Notes: a model not told the origin generated them from the letters alone. Positions 37,583 through 51,621 are shown, numbered from the stretch's first letter. The stretch: 64,000 bases of DNA from Octopus vulgaris (GCA_951406725.2 OX597814.1:80972001-81036000), one strand, 5' to 3'. Translations and numbers: made by a program.

Positions 37583-38159
37583 TTTCAAATATTAATAATT
37601 GACAGGAATAGGAAGAGTGCTTTAGAACTACATTGCTGCTTCTGGTTGGTTGGTTGGTTGGAAGGCAAAATTGGGCTAAGCATTTTGTATTGCAATATTG
37701 CAAGTAGGTGAAGTTTGAATCATTCACTGGTTTTCACTGGTTTATTTCACTGATAAAAAAGCAGTAACTCTCAACTAGCTATAGACTGGTTAAGTAAGTA
37801 GAACTCAAAAAATTGTAACTCTCTTCCCTCTCCACTCACCAATGAAAAAGCAGTACCTCCCAGGTAGCAATGTACTGGCTATATAAGTAAAACTCAGCAC
37901 ACTCTGATCCATTTCACTCTCTCACATTTCTCCTCTTACAAAAGGAGCTAAAGCTAGAATGGTAGAATCAATTATTGTCTATGCTTGTATCAGCTTGTCT
38001 TAATATAAGACACTTTTCAGTGAAATGAAACATTGATTTACCATATCTTGATTCCACTAATTTATCAACCATGTTATGTTGATTTCCTTTGACATAAATT
38101 TCAGCAATATTTCATGTATCTACTACACATGTGGCTCAAATGAATTCGTTCTTCATGAA

Positions 38160-38325
38160 TGGGTCCAGGTATGGCCATGTGGTAAGAAGTTTGCTTTCCA
38201 ACCACATAGTTTTAGGTTCAGTCTCACTGGATGAAACCTTGGGCAAGTGTCTTCTACTATAGCCTTGTGCCAACCAAAGCATTGTGGGTAGATTTTGTAG
38301 ACAGAAGCTGGAAGAAACCTGTCAT
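38160..38325 (+). mobile_element. SINE family A, first module
   Basis: 'ggccatgtggtaagaagtttgctttccaaccaca..accttgggcaagtgtcttctactatagcc'. Confidence 0.8.
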
Positions 38326-38714
38326 GTGTGTGTGTGTGTGTGTGTGTTTCTCTTTTTAATTTTGAGTAAATGTTGACTGGCTACTGACTAGTTAGCAAGG
38401 TTGTGAAGGAACGCGCCATGTTTTAACCATCATCCTTTAAATCTTAAGAAGGCCTTGCAGATTTTTATAGTCTCAGATATCATGATCAGTTGTAGTGTAT
38501 GAATTACAGACTTGCATTCTCTCCCAAAAATTTCAAGTTCAGCCATACTTTGCCCAAGATGGATTGGTATGTATCTTGTTGCTCCAATAATAATAGGTAT
38601 GAAGTTAAAAGTGTATCTTAGGTACTAAATTTGCAAACTCCTTATCAATAGTCCATAGATGTCCACTTATGCGTGTGTGTGTGTGTGTGGCTATGTGCCC
38701 ACACCTGTTGTACA

Positions 38715-39025
38715 GTGAGCTCATGCAAACAAAGGAGGCCTAAAACTGAGGTACAAGGACACCCTGAAAACAACCTCAAATGGAGCAGCATTAGTCCAAA
38801 CAAACTTGAAGCCTCTGCTGCAAACAGATCAGTGTGGAGGTCTCTCACCTCACAAGCAGTAGCTGCCTTAGAGGAGGATCAGTGACAGGGTTTCACTGCT
38901 GCAAGAGACAGATGTCATGGGGCAGCATCTGCCTCAATCCAGACAACAAATCATCATTGTGAAAACTGTAGGCACCTGTGTGCTTCCAGCTCTAGGCATG
39001 CAGTCACATGCACTTTCATCACTGA
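38715..39025 (+). mobile_element. RTE-clade LINE 3' fragment (second family) with terminal C2H2-like finger
   Basis: Across frameshifts: RPKLRYKDTLK/NLKWSSISPNKLEASAANRSVWRSLTSQAVAALEED..AARDRCH.AASASIQTT..C..C..LCASS..SH, typical of RTE ORF2 C-termini ('GRPxLRYKD..R..WR..CxxC..SH'). Confidence 0.75.
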
Positions 39026-39094
39026 GAACACAGATTTGGTCATCGCTGAATACTGATAGACTGTTCACAACAAACGTGTATATATGTGGGGTGT

Positions 39095-39332
39095 TACTGT
39101 CTCCGTGCCTTAACATTGCATGAAAGCTGTAAACAACTGTCACTGAGATGCAAATAGTAAACTTTGCTCCCAATCTTCCGTGAAAACATGTCTGGTCATG
39201 AAAAAATATTACCTTGCTTGGAAGCAAGTGAGGGTTGGCAACAGGAAGGGCATCCATCCATAGAAAATCCATCTCAAATTTTTGTCTGATCCATGCAAAC
39301 ATGGAAAAGCAGACATTAAAACGATGATGATG
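39095..39332 (+). mobile_element. RTE-tailed SINE family D
   Basis: 'aaaacatgtctggtcatg..attaccttgcttggaagcaagtgagggttggcaacaggaagggcatcc..ccatgcaaacatggaaaagcagacattaaaacgatgatgatg'. Confidence 0.8.
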
Positions 39333-39399
39333 AACATCTGAATTGCACTACAGACTTTCCAGACACATTCATATACAGCATTACTTTTATATTAAAAAC

Positions 39400-39640
39400 C
39401 CACTTCAGTCATGAATGACCATGGGATTGCACCTAGAAAGTTCCCTTCCAAAGCATAAGTCCAAGAAAAAGCTGATACATCTTGGCACCAGAGACATCAC
39501 AACTCATTTCTACAGCTGAGTGAACTGGAGCAATGTGAAATAAAGTGTCTTGCTCAAGAACACAATACACAGCCCAGTCTGGGAATCAAACTCACAACCT
39601 CACGATTGTGAGCCTGACACTCTAACCACTGAGCCAAGCA
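39400..39640 (-). mobile_element. tRNA-derived SINE with Meta-like domain
   Basis: Minus strand: A-box TGGCTCAGTGG, B-box-like GTTTGATTCC, then 'gtgttcttgagcaagacactttatttcacattgctccagttcactcagctgtagaaatgagt', resembling the MetaSINE core. Confidence 0.75.
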
Positions 39641-40074
39641 CATTACATTTATATGTTTGACTAAAACCTTGTTCTTATGGATGTTACAACTGGAAACTAT
39701 TACTTCTCTCTGTGTGAATTATTGTTGATATTGTTTAACTCATTATACTTTATAAACATTTAGAAGTAGACACGTGCTGTTTCACTGCATTGAATTAATG
39801 TATTACTTAGGGTGGCAGAGGTCTACCTTCTGGTGGTTTGTAGAAACTGAATAAGAAATTATACATACATACATAAAGGCACACATACATACATCCATGC
39901 ATATATATATATTATTGTTATGGTCTTTCACATCTATATTTTATACAGCAGCATGTGAAAAATAGATGTAAAATGAGAAATGTTGTTGTTTGATATAATA
40001 GGATTTGTATCTGTACAATGGAGGAGGGGAAAATCTGTTTAGGACAGATAAAAGAAAATTACATTATATTCCTC

Positions 40075-40078
<4 letters not shown>

Positions 40079-40150
<72 letters not shown>
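40079..40150. repeat. (CT)n microsatellite
   Basis: About 32 CT units. Confidence 0.95.
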
Positions 40151-40199
40151 CCCTCTAAGTATAGCATGAGGATAATATATCTGGTGTTCTGCAATACAA

Positions 40200-40231
<32 letters not shown>

Positions 40232-41569
40232 GGAAGGGAAAAATCCAGAATAAATTAGGGACATAATTGAAGCCCTTGACTTCAGGGAAAAACATGATTA
40301 ATAAGTTATCTAATAACATTACTTGCTTTCATCTTATTATGCAAACCAGTACAATCCATTTAAGTTACCTAAACAAAGTGACACTTGAAGCCATGTCATT
40401 TGTATGCAGTCAATTAACCAGAGACATAATTAAGCACTTTTCAAAAGGCTTCATAGCAATTTTCAGACAAGTGAATTATTGAATTGTATCTGTTGAGATT
40501 ACTACTGATGGTGGTCATGTCAGTTTTTCACACATCACTTAAACTTGCTTCAGCTTTGGTCTGAGAAACTAAATTAAGTATTTGCGAAGTTCCCACCGAG
40601 TATTGTAAATGCCTTTCAGTTAAACTGTGTTTGATAAGAAAAGAAAATTAGCTAATTACATTTCCATTGTGCTCTTTCTAAATCTCGTTAGTCTAGCATG
40701 AAGTCACCTATATAACTCATTGTTTACTACCTTGCTTCGAACAATCATTGATAAGCAAGGGTGTTTAGATATTATTGAATCTCACTGGCAGGCTGCTCTA
40801 TATACTGGAAGGTCAGAAATTTAATCATCTAAAAAGAGCTTTCATCTCCCCCACATTATTTTTGACCCGATAGTTTCGTTGTCAGACTCATGCACTAAAT
40901 GAGCTATAAATATAATGATGATGATGACAAAGATGATGATGATAATCTTTGCTTCTAATTATTACTGGCTAATCTCTAGAAGTATAGCTGATTGCAAAAC
41001 AGAGAAAATAGAAAAGAAAGAAAATAAGAAAACAAACAAATAAGAAAGAAAAGAAAAATAAGGAAAAGAAATTATAAAATTTCTGGAAGTGATGGTGGAA
41101 GATTGGAATTAAGAATAAAATACATTGTGAGTCTAATTGCTGTAATTAATGTGCTTGATTTAAATTGACAGGTCCTGACAGATACCAACTGCAAGTACAG
41201 GCACATTTTTAAAAAATAACTATATCATAAAATACCTGGATGATGATGATGATGATGGTGGTGGTGGCAATGATGGTGCTTATAAGGGTACTTATAATGG
41301 TGGTAGTGAATGATGATGATGATGATTCTCCCTTTCTAACTTTCATATTTATCAGCTTATATAATCAGAACTGTTTGCATTGACAAATGATTCAGATAAA
41401 GAGATATTTAGCAAAACTAATAATTAATAGTAATGAGGATGTTGTTGACAGTGACAATGATGGCAATCCTTTCTTTATTGACCACTAGAGCTCATAAACC
41501 TAATACAAAAATTTGTTATACAAAAGGTGGTTACAAAGCATATATACACACACACAAATTAATAATTAA

Positions 41570-42020
41570 GGGTACTAACAAGCAGTACTGGCATGCTAAA
41601 TATAGCAGTCAAAATACCAAACTGCAAATTTTCACTTAAACACAAAGGTGAAAGCATGCAAATGAATAAAAATCCTAAAACCCCGTACCAATGATGAAAA
41701 TAATCGAAAATTGAAAAAGCCAGACATACCCATTTCACCGTAATTTCGAACTTTGAGAAAAACTCTTAGTTCATCTTCAGTGAGTCTTACTAACCCCAGG
41801 GTTATGGAGATTATTCATCTCACCAATGCTGCAGCAAGTTCAAAATCAGAGTGATATGGGTATGTCTGGCTTTTTCAACTTTCGATCATTTTCGTCATTG
41901 GTTCAGGGTTTTAGGATTTTTATTCATTTGCACACTTTCACTTTTGTGTTTAAGTGAAAATTTGTGGTTTGGTCGTTTTGATTGCTATATCTTGTATGCC
42001 AGTACTGCTTGTTAGTACGC
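41570..42020. mobile_element. Foldback MITE with ~185-bp inverted arms and TTAA flanks (Kolobok-like termini)
   Basis: The left arm 41570-41753 is the imperfect reverse complement of the right arm 41836-42020. TTAA at 41566-41569 and 42021-42024; termini GGGTACTAAC..GTTAGTACGC. Confidence 0.85.
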
Positions 42021-42214
42021 TTAAATATTAATTGATAATTTTTTACCGTTATGGGTTTTTTACACATGCTAAGCCACTGATATTATTATAAACAATAATA
42101 TCTTCATAGATATATGCATGCCCAAGAAGACCTACACCCTACAGCAGAGGTAATAAGGCTGATCCCCTTAGTGAAGACAATTGGCTTGCAAGAGTCCTGT
42201 GCCAGAGCCATATA

Positions 42215-42745
42215 TGAAGCACTCATGCTGGTGCCATGTATAAATGTTCATGTGGTGCCATATAAAAGCACCCAGCACACTCTAGAGAGTGGTTGGCACT
42301 AGGAAGGACATCCAACCATAGAAATCCTGCCAAATCAGACTGGAGTCTGGTGCAGCTCTCCAGCTTTCCAGTTCTATTCAAACCATTCAGCCCATGCCAG
42401 CATGAACAACAGACGTTAAATGATGATCATGATATCATCCTCCTCATCATCATCATTTAGCATCCATTATCCATGCTGGTATGGGTTAGATGGTTTTGAT
42501 GGTTTGAAACTGGTAAGTCAGAGAGCTGTAACAGGCTCCAGTCTTATTCAGCTGGATGCGCTTCATAATGCCAACCACTCAAAGAGTGTATTGGGTGTCT
42601 CTTACATGTTACTGGCATGGGTACCTTTTATATGTCACCGGATGTGTGCCTTTCATGTGTCACTGGCATGGGTGCCTTTAATGTGTCACTGGCACTGTCC
42701 ACAACGAGAATTTCACTTGGTTTGATGAGTCTTCTCAAGCACAGC
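42215..42745. mobile_element. Two family-C SINEs tail-to-tail (+ 42215-42432, - 42440-42745)
   Basis: '..cccatgccagcatgaacaacagacgttaaatgatgat' faces 'catcatcatttagcatcc..ccatgctggtatgggtt..'; the bodies are reverse complements. Confidence 0.8.
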
Positions 42746-42789
42746 AAATTAAATCAAGTGGAAACTTACTTAGAATATCACCACATAGC

Positions 42790-42992
42790 TCAGTGGTTGT
42801 TAAAATTTATCTGCAATAAATTGGTTAAAATTCTACAATACACAACATATTTTAACAATTTTTTTAAATACAATTCCTAATAATATTATAAAAATATAAT
42901 ATGATTTTTAAACATCAAATAGCTATGAAGGTCCAGTCAAGTAAAATAGGAATCAAAAGGGTCCATTGGTAAAAAGTGGTTGAGAAACACTG
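42790..42992 (-). mobile_element. hAT-type MITE, reverse copy of 53301-53554
   Basis: Ends 'ggtaaaaagtggttgagaaacactg'; interior is the reverse complement of 53310-53500. Confidence 0.75.
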
Positions 42993-44480
42993 ACATGAAT
43001 AGAATTAGGGCATCTGAGGATTCTGAACACCTCAGCCCTGATCAGCTTCTGCCAATTGAGTCCTCCAAAATTGCATATGGACATTCACTATTGCCAAGCC
43101 ATGAAGGTTTTTACATTTTCTGCATGATGATCCTTTAAAACTATCAATAGATAACTAGTCTGGTCTTTCACAGCCATCTATCTTCTGGAAATTCTTGATA
43201 TTCCTCTCCTATTTTGTCCTTAATCAGCACAGCATGTAGTTTTCCCCTCTTTTAGCACTACTACCAAATCATTTAGTCTATGGTTACCCCTTCAGATTAT
43301 ATTAAAGTTCAGGTAATTTAGAGGCTAAGCATTTATTTGTGAAGGACTCCCAAAGTTATGTTTGCCTTTTGATTATTTTCATCCTCTTTTTTGTCCTTTT
43401 CTTTTGTTTTCTCATTTCTTCTACAGTTACTTAACTTTCTCCTTTCTCAATTTTCTCCCCAACAGCACAAGACAATAGTGAATGTTCTGCTCATAGCTGA
43501 TCTGTAGTGGAAAAGGTGCCTCCTCAGTTTCTTGGTACCCTACCTCATTGTTGGACCCTAGTGCCAGTAGCACTATTCTCTTCTTTTCTATGTGTGTGTC
43601 TGTCTCTTGACAAAGCCCAGAGTAGCATACATCATCATCATCATTTAATGTCTGCCTTCCATGCTAGCATGGGTGGGACATCCACAAAGTAATTAGCAAA
43701 GCAGGATGCAAATGATGAAATCAACAGACAGATATTTTGGCAACTACTGAACCAACTAATAAATAAGAGATAAGAGGTAAATAAAAAAAAATAACTCAAG
43801 CAAAATACATGTCTTTGCAATAAAGGATGTTGTTATGAAATAAACAAACAGAGATAGAATGAAAACTGAACTAGCCTATGGGAAATGATATGTTGCTAAA
43901 CAATTTCAGAAAACAGCTTAATAATAACATGATCTAAAAAAGCTTTACTTATGAATAGCAGTAAAACCAACCAATGAAAAGATTGTTCAAGTAATGCACT
44001 GAAAAATAGATGACACTCTAGTGAAACAATATTAAAATCTTGCAAATGGAAACCATATCCAATATCCTGGAAAAACAGGTCTGGCCATGAGGAAATATTA
44101 CCTTGCTCGGAAATAGGTGAGAGTTGATGTCAGAAAAAGCATCTGACCAAAGAAAATTTGCCTCACTGAATTCCATTTGAAATACACGAGCATGGAAAAT
44201 TAGACATTGAATGATGGTGATGATGATGTTGTGTGTGTGTGTGTAATGTTACATACACATTGAGTTGTTGAAATGTTTGCTTCCCAACTATGTGGTTTCA
44301 GGTTCAATCCCACAACAGAAGTCACTTGCCCAATGTGCCACAGAGAGGGGATCAGACTTGAAACCACCTGGTTTGGTTGGAAAGCAAATTCCTTACCACA
44401 CAACACTGGTGCCTACAGTCATGCCTCTGTGTGTAAGTATGTGTGTGAGTGTATATATATATTTGTTTTCATACACATAC

Positions 44481-44520
<40 letters not shown>

Positions 44521-46276
44521 GGCAGACAGACAGACAGAGAGAATAAATATGTGGAAAATGTTGTTGAAGGATAAGTAAAAGAATGTAATAGGTAATTGTT
44601 TGTTAACAACTAATCTCTGTCTTTGCCCACAATGCATTAATCCTGATTGTTAGCAGTTGTTCTTTCAGTAGAGTAACACTATTATGAAAAAATATTTCCT
44701 AATTGGCTTCTTTCTTATTTTTAGAGATTATTGGGTGTGGGGTATCGGGTTATGTTTATCCAAGTGCAACTTGACACCATCTTACATAGCATTTCTTTCT
44801 ATAAGTTTTTTGGTGGGGGGCACAAAACTGGGTGGGGCATTTCTGCAAATCTGAACAGAATTTTAGTGTTTTGGTATCTAATAGATATAGAGGGCTTAGA
44901 GAGCTTGTGAAGAACAGTTATTTAACTATAATCAACTGGATTTTATTTCTTTTGGTTCTGATGTTTTTCAGGTTTAGTTTTCTTTATAGCCGAGAAGGAG
45001 GACTTCTTTACGTTGTTAGGGTGGATTGAAGTTAACTGCCACCTCAGAAAGCAGCTTTTCAGAAAGTAAAAAAATAAAGGAAAGAAGATAATTTGTACTG
45101 CTAAAACCTGTTATTTTATTTAAAAAATATGATTTATCATCATCATTGTTTTATTGTTCACTTTTCTATGCTTGCATGGGCTTTATGAAGTTTATTGAGG
45201 CAGATTTTTTGTGACCTTTCTGTCACCAACCCTGCTTCCAAGCAAGGTAATATTTTCCTGCATTTTTGGCAGAATATTGGAAATAAATGACACCACTTAT
45301 ATGACAGTAACACTCATTCATAATAATCATGGGACAAGGAGATGCAAACATACACACACACACCGCACACGCCCACACATTTATCTATATGCATCTATCT
45401 ATCTATCTATCTATCTATCTACACACACACACACACAGATATATATATATATATAGATATAGATAGATAGATAGCAAAACACTGGGGTTGATGTAATTAA
45501 CTAGTCCCCTCCAACAAAAATCTTCAGTATGTCCCGAGCTCAAATTCTGCTGAGGTTGACTTTGCCTTTCATTCTTTCAGACTCAATAAAAAATACCAGT
45601 TGAGTACTGGGTCAATATTATCAACTTAACCCCAACCCCGAAAAAATTTCAGGCCTTGTGCCTATAATAGAAACGATAATTATTATTATGAGATGAAGAT
45701 GAGGATATATGGCTAAAAGCATACACTGTAATGATGGTAGAAGCAATCATAATAAATATTCCTATCTTAAACAAGCTTGGTTTGTTTCTCAGATAAACAG
45801 AACAGTTTTTCATTCTATTAATAACCTCGTTAAAAATATAATTTAGATTATTTAGTGCAACAAATGATAAAGGGATTAACATATCTAATGTATTTAATTG
45901 AATAGATAATCAGGATTAACCAACTAAATATCAGGAACCTTAGAAGTTGTCAATGAATAATAATAGTGCAAATGAATTTGTTCTTCATTGAGGTACAAAA
46001 TATGAGAGTAATATTTATTGCCAGTGATAAATGTAGATCATAACTTCTTCATATGTAACTCTTTGACTGTGTATAGATTTGCTAAATATGTGTGGGATAG
46101 ACAGAGAGAGAGTGCATGTATATGAGAGTGTATGTGTGTATATTTATGTATATGTGTGTGTGTGTGGTTGTATGTATACGTGTGTGTATGGTTGTATGCA
46201 TATTTATGTGTGTGTGTGTGTGTGTGGTTGTATGTACATATGTGTGTGTGTGTATTATCTGGATATATATATATAT

Positions 46277-46552
46277 CATCATCATCATCGTTTAACGTCT
46301 GCTTTCCATGCTGGCATGGGTTGAACGGTTTGACTGAGGACTGGTGAGCCAAATGGCTCCACCAGGCTCCAATCTAATCTGGCAGAGTTTCTACAGCTGG
46401 ATGCCCTTCCTAATGCCAACCACTCTGAGAATGTAGTGGGTGCTTTTATATGCCACCGGCATGAGGGCCAGCCAGGCGGTACTGGAAACAGCCATGCTCA
46501 AATACCAGTCAAGCGGTGCTGTCATCGAATTTGATTTCAATTTCACTTACCT
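46277..46552 (-). mobile_element. RTE-tailed SINE family C, young copy
   Basis: 'catcatcatcgtttaacgtctgctttccatgctggcatgggttgaacggtttgactgagg..cagctggatgcccttcctaatgccaaccactc'. Confidence 0.88.
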
Positions 46553-46839
46553 CAACATTTATATATTTCAAAAGTGGAAAACAATATTATTTGAAATAGT
46601 CATATTCTTATGCTCTTTCAATAATCCTGACATATCATCATAACTATACAATTATATAATAATATGATTATACAGTACACACATACTCTCTCTCACACAC
46701 ACACACACATTTATATATTTATGAGTACTGTGCTCTGTTGAGGAATTAAAGATTATAATAGTTTATCTACAATTATCACCAACAGCAACAGAGACGTATA
46801 GTCACACAAGCATAAGACTTATTAATTATGAACAGAATT

Positions 46840-47850
46840 AGATTAGATAAAATGCAGTTTGGCTTTGTCCTGGGAAGAAGCACCACAGGTGCTATTTCAT
46901 TGTTAGGCAACTGCAAGAGAAGTATTTAGCTAAGAACAAGCCATTGTACTTGGTATTTGTTGATCTGAAGAAATCCTTCTACAAAGTACTTTGCCATGTG
47001 ATATGGTGGTCTCTGAGGAAGCTAAGAGTTGATGAATTGTTTGTGAAAGCAGTACAGGTCATGTAAAGAGATACTGTCAATAAGGTAAGAGTTAGCCATG
47101 AGCACAGTGACAAATTTAGTGTATAGGTAGGTTTCACCAAAGCTTGATCCTCAGCTCCTTTCTATACATCATTGTCCTCCAAGCCATACAGAGGTATTTA
47201 AAACTGGAAGCCCATGGGAATTACTATATGCTGATGAATTACTATATGCTGTAACAGAACTGCAAAAGGAATTCCAGGCGTGGAAGCAAAATTTGGAGTC
47301 AAAGGGTCTTAAAGTTATCAAAGACCAAGGGCCTAATAAGCAAGAAATCAGACAGGACCCTACCCACTACAAGTTAGATATGTAGAAAAGATGTAGGCAG
47401 AACTTCCATTCAGTGTAACCGGTGTAAGCTATGGACATGAGGTGCAGTGGAATAATAGGAAGGTTAACAGAGAAAATAGTTTTTGTGTGTAGAAGATGCA
47501 CAAGAGCCATAAATATTATAGATACATGGGAAACTAATTTCCTTAAATGTACCAGAAGTAGTAGATAATTTCTGCTACCTGAGTGACCTAATTAACAGTG
47601 AAAGAAGATGTATCAAAAGTGTAATAGCTAGAATAAGAATAGGTGGGGTGAAAGTTCAGAGAGCTTTTACTTCTGTTGGCAACCAAAGATCTCTGTCTGA
47701 GTGAAAGGAAGACTGTATGATACATGTGTATGAACTGCACTGTTACATGGGCCCTGAATGTTGAAGATATATGAAGACTGAAGAGGAACAAAGCTGGTAT
47801 GCTCTGCTAGAAGTGTAATGTTGCTGTACATGTGTGACAAGCACTGGTGT
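46840..47850 (+). pseudogene. Decayed RTE-clade LINE reverse transcriptase region
   Basis: LDKMQFGFVLGRSTT.AI/IVRQLQEKYLAKNKPLYLVFVDLKKSF..V...VIWWSLRKL; ..HQ..LS.LL.IIVLQAI..FKTGSPWELLYAD (47227); Cys-rich insert; DNFCYL; ARIRIG..KFRELL.LL..VKGRLYD.CV. Multiple stops and frameshifts. Confidence 0.9.
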
Positions 47851-48023
47851 ATTGAGAGTTAGGCATACACAGCAGGCTTCCACACAGTTACCATCTCTCT
47901 AATTTGCTCAGTTAACTCACAAGGCATTGATTGGCCCAGGGCTACAGTAGAAAGCATTTCCCTAAGATGTCGCACATTTGGTTGCACAGAGAACCTCTTA
48001 ACCACACAATCATGCCTCCATCT

Positions 48024-48395
48024 ATTCTTTTACTTGTTTCAGTCATTTGACTCAGGCCATGTTGGAGCACTGCTTTAGAGGGTTTTAGTTGAAGAAATCA
48101 ACCCCAGGACTTAATCTTTGTAAGCCTAGTATTTATTCCATTGGTCTCTTTTGTCAAACTGCTAAGTCACAAGGATGTAAACACACTAGCATTAGTTGTC
48201 AAGTGATGGCAAGGGTACAAACAGACACATACATAGATATATACATACATATATACAATGGGCTTCTTTCAATTTCTTTCTACCAAATCCACTCGCAAGG
48301 CTATAGTTGAAGACATTTGTCCAAGGTGCCATGCAATAGAACTGAACCCAGAACCCTGTGGTTGGATAGCAAGCTTCTTACCACAAAGCCACACC
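48024..48395 (-). mobile_element. tRNA-derived SINE family A, full length
   Basis: Colinear with 12736-13120. Confidence 0.88.
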
Positions 48396-48751
48396 TATGA
48401 AGCAATATATTATCAAATGTTTTCCTTCAAGATGATAGGATCTCTGTTTGTTTGAAAGTTAAGTGACAGTCCCAATTCACTTGTAGGTGACACAATACAA
48501 AGTGTCAATATTTCTGTCTGATTGTCTCTACCAGTTATGCTCCTTGACTATTTTTCTATTATCAGACTATCTGAATATATCAACAAACAGATTATTTATT
48601 GCTTTAGAGCCAATATTAAACAGATTGTTTCTCTACTCTGACAGATGAAGTCATCACACATCTATTAGCTTACTACATTTAAACATCAGCTTCAAGTCAC
48701 AAATAAGAGGCATCTGGATAATAGATGCAGCTAGCTGCTTCTCCCCCGTTA

Positions 48752-49205
<454 letters not shown>

Positions 49206-49662
49206 ATGTGGGTGCATGCGTGTGCACTTATATACGCATGAATGTACACAAATAACATTAGCTACAAACATTAAATAATTTTTTTATATCTAATTCTTTA
49301 CTATTTTTGTGTTTTTTTTTCTTCTCGTTACTAAAAATAAAGTTATAGAAAAAAAAGATAGTTCCATCATTATTTCCACCACCAGAATGAAATTACGAAA
49401 ATAGTAGAGTTGTATGTATTGTGTATTTTTGTACTCTTCGGTTTTATCACACTAATTTATCTGATCATTTCCACAAAAGTGTGGAAAAGTTATTTTCAAA
49501 ACCAAAGTGAAACTCAGTAATCAATACCTATCTAACCATACATCGATGCACATACGTGCACAGAAGCATTCACATGTACGTGCACTCATACATGTTCACA
49601 GATAAACACACACCAACTCACACATACATTCATAATTAAAAATATACACTCATATGAAGTGC

Positions 49663-49709
<47 letters not shown>

Positions 49710-50028
49710 CGTCATACAGACATGCTTTCATATGCATGTGTGCGTGAGATTAGATAATGTGTATAATATTGATGATAAAGTATTATAGCAAATATGTGTG
49801 TATGAATACACACACACACACATGCACAGACAGACTGACACACATACACACACACATATATATATAATATGAAATAATGTACAATACCATTGTGCATATT
49901 TAATTCTTTAAATGTGTGAAAAGAGAGATAACATATACATACTGCATAGCTGTATACAGACATATAAATGCGTGAGAATGTGTGTGTGCATATAAATACA
50001 TGTGTCTATGAAATTTATCTTCATTTTA

Positions 50029-50258
<230 letters not shown>

Positions 50259-50433
50259 TATATATATATTTATATATTTATATATATATAATTGTTTGAT
50301 ATTTATGTATATATATATATACTTAAATATCAAACAATGAAAATGAGTGATCAACACCACATTGGTGGATAAAGATTCTTTATTTATGTGTTAAGCACAT
50401 GTGTACACACACACACACCACACTCTGTCTCTG

Positions 50434-50490
<57 letters not shown>

Positions 50491-50851
50491 TGCATACAAA
50501 CCTGTATATATACACACACAGAAATATAGCCATGTATTTTTATGCTGTCAAATTGCTTAGGGACTATGTTTCTTCTTCAATAAGTTGATCTAATACAATT
50601 AAAAGACAGAAAAGCAAGTACACAATGCAAATTCACAAAGGTATAAAACACATTTTATTTATCTGTGAAAGGCATAGTATACTTATTAACATATGATGTA
50701 AGTATTGCTGTTGCCTTACAGAGATATACTGATAACTTATCAATAAATTCCTATAATTCTGTTTGCTGTTTTTTGGGGGAGGGTTGCAGGGTGTGGGTAG
50801 TGATGGAGTAGGGAGGGAAGCTGCTTTATATTTGAAACCCAAGTCACATAT

Positions 50852-50906
<55 letters not shown>

Positions 50907-51221
50907 CACACACACATTTGTGTGCTATATATATGTATGTAAATATGCATGTATACGTATTTGTGAGTGCACAGGCATATATATGCATACATACATAAAT
51001 ACATAGATGTGTGTGTGTGTGTGTGTGTGTGTATACATATATATATATATATATTTGTATATGTACATATGTATGTGTGTATGCATACACAAACATATAT
51101 AGATAGAGAGTTGAATATGCATATATATTTATTCATTTTCAATTATTCATTTATATATATATTTATATTTATGTATTTATAGATGTTTATGTTGTTGTGT
51201 ATGTGTATGTATATAGTTATG

Positions 51222-51269
<48 letters not shown>

Positions 51270-51585
51270 ATAGATAGATAGACACACACTTACACATACC
51301 TATATGCATATATGTATGTATGCATATACATATGTCTGAATATGCATATGTGCATCATATCTGTTCTTCATGCTTTTCATTCAGGTATCATTTTTGACTG
51401 AATCTAAATAGTTTCTTTATATTTTTATTTCATGCATATCTAAGATTTTTAAACTTTCTTCTCTTTAAAAACACATTGTCAGTAAAAGAATGAGTATAAT
51501 GTGATATATGCCATGGTAAATACACACACACACATACACTTATATAAAAGAATTACTATAGATAGATAGATAAATAGGTATAACA

Positions 51586-51621
<36 letters not shown>

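Noticed and set aside
38956-38971. 16-nt match to the 3' part of bantam miRNA (ATCATTGTGAAAACTG, near 38954-38969)
   Set aside because: The seed region does not match, there is no precursor hairpin, and it lies inside an RTE coding relic.
39570-39637. tRNA-like A/B boxes (also in family A and B heads)
   Set aside because: They continue into SINE bodies and do not fold into a complete cloverleaf; SINE heads, not tRNA genes.
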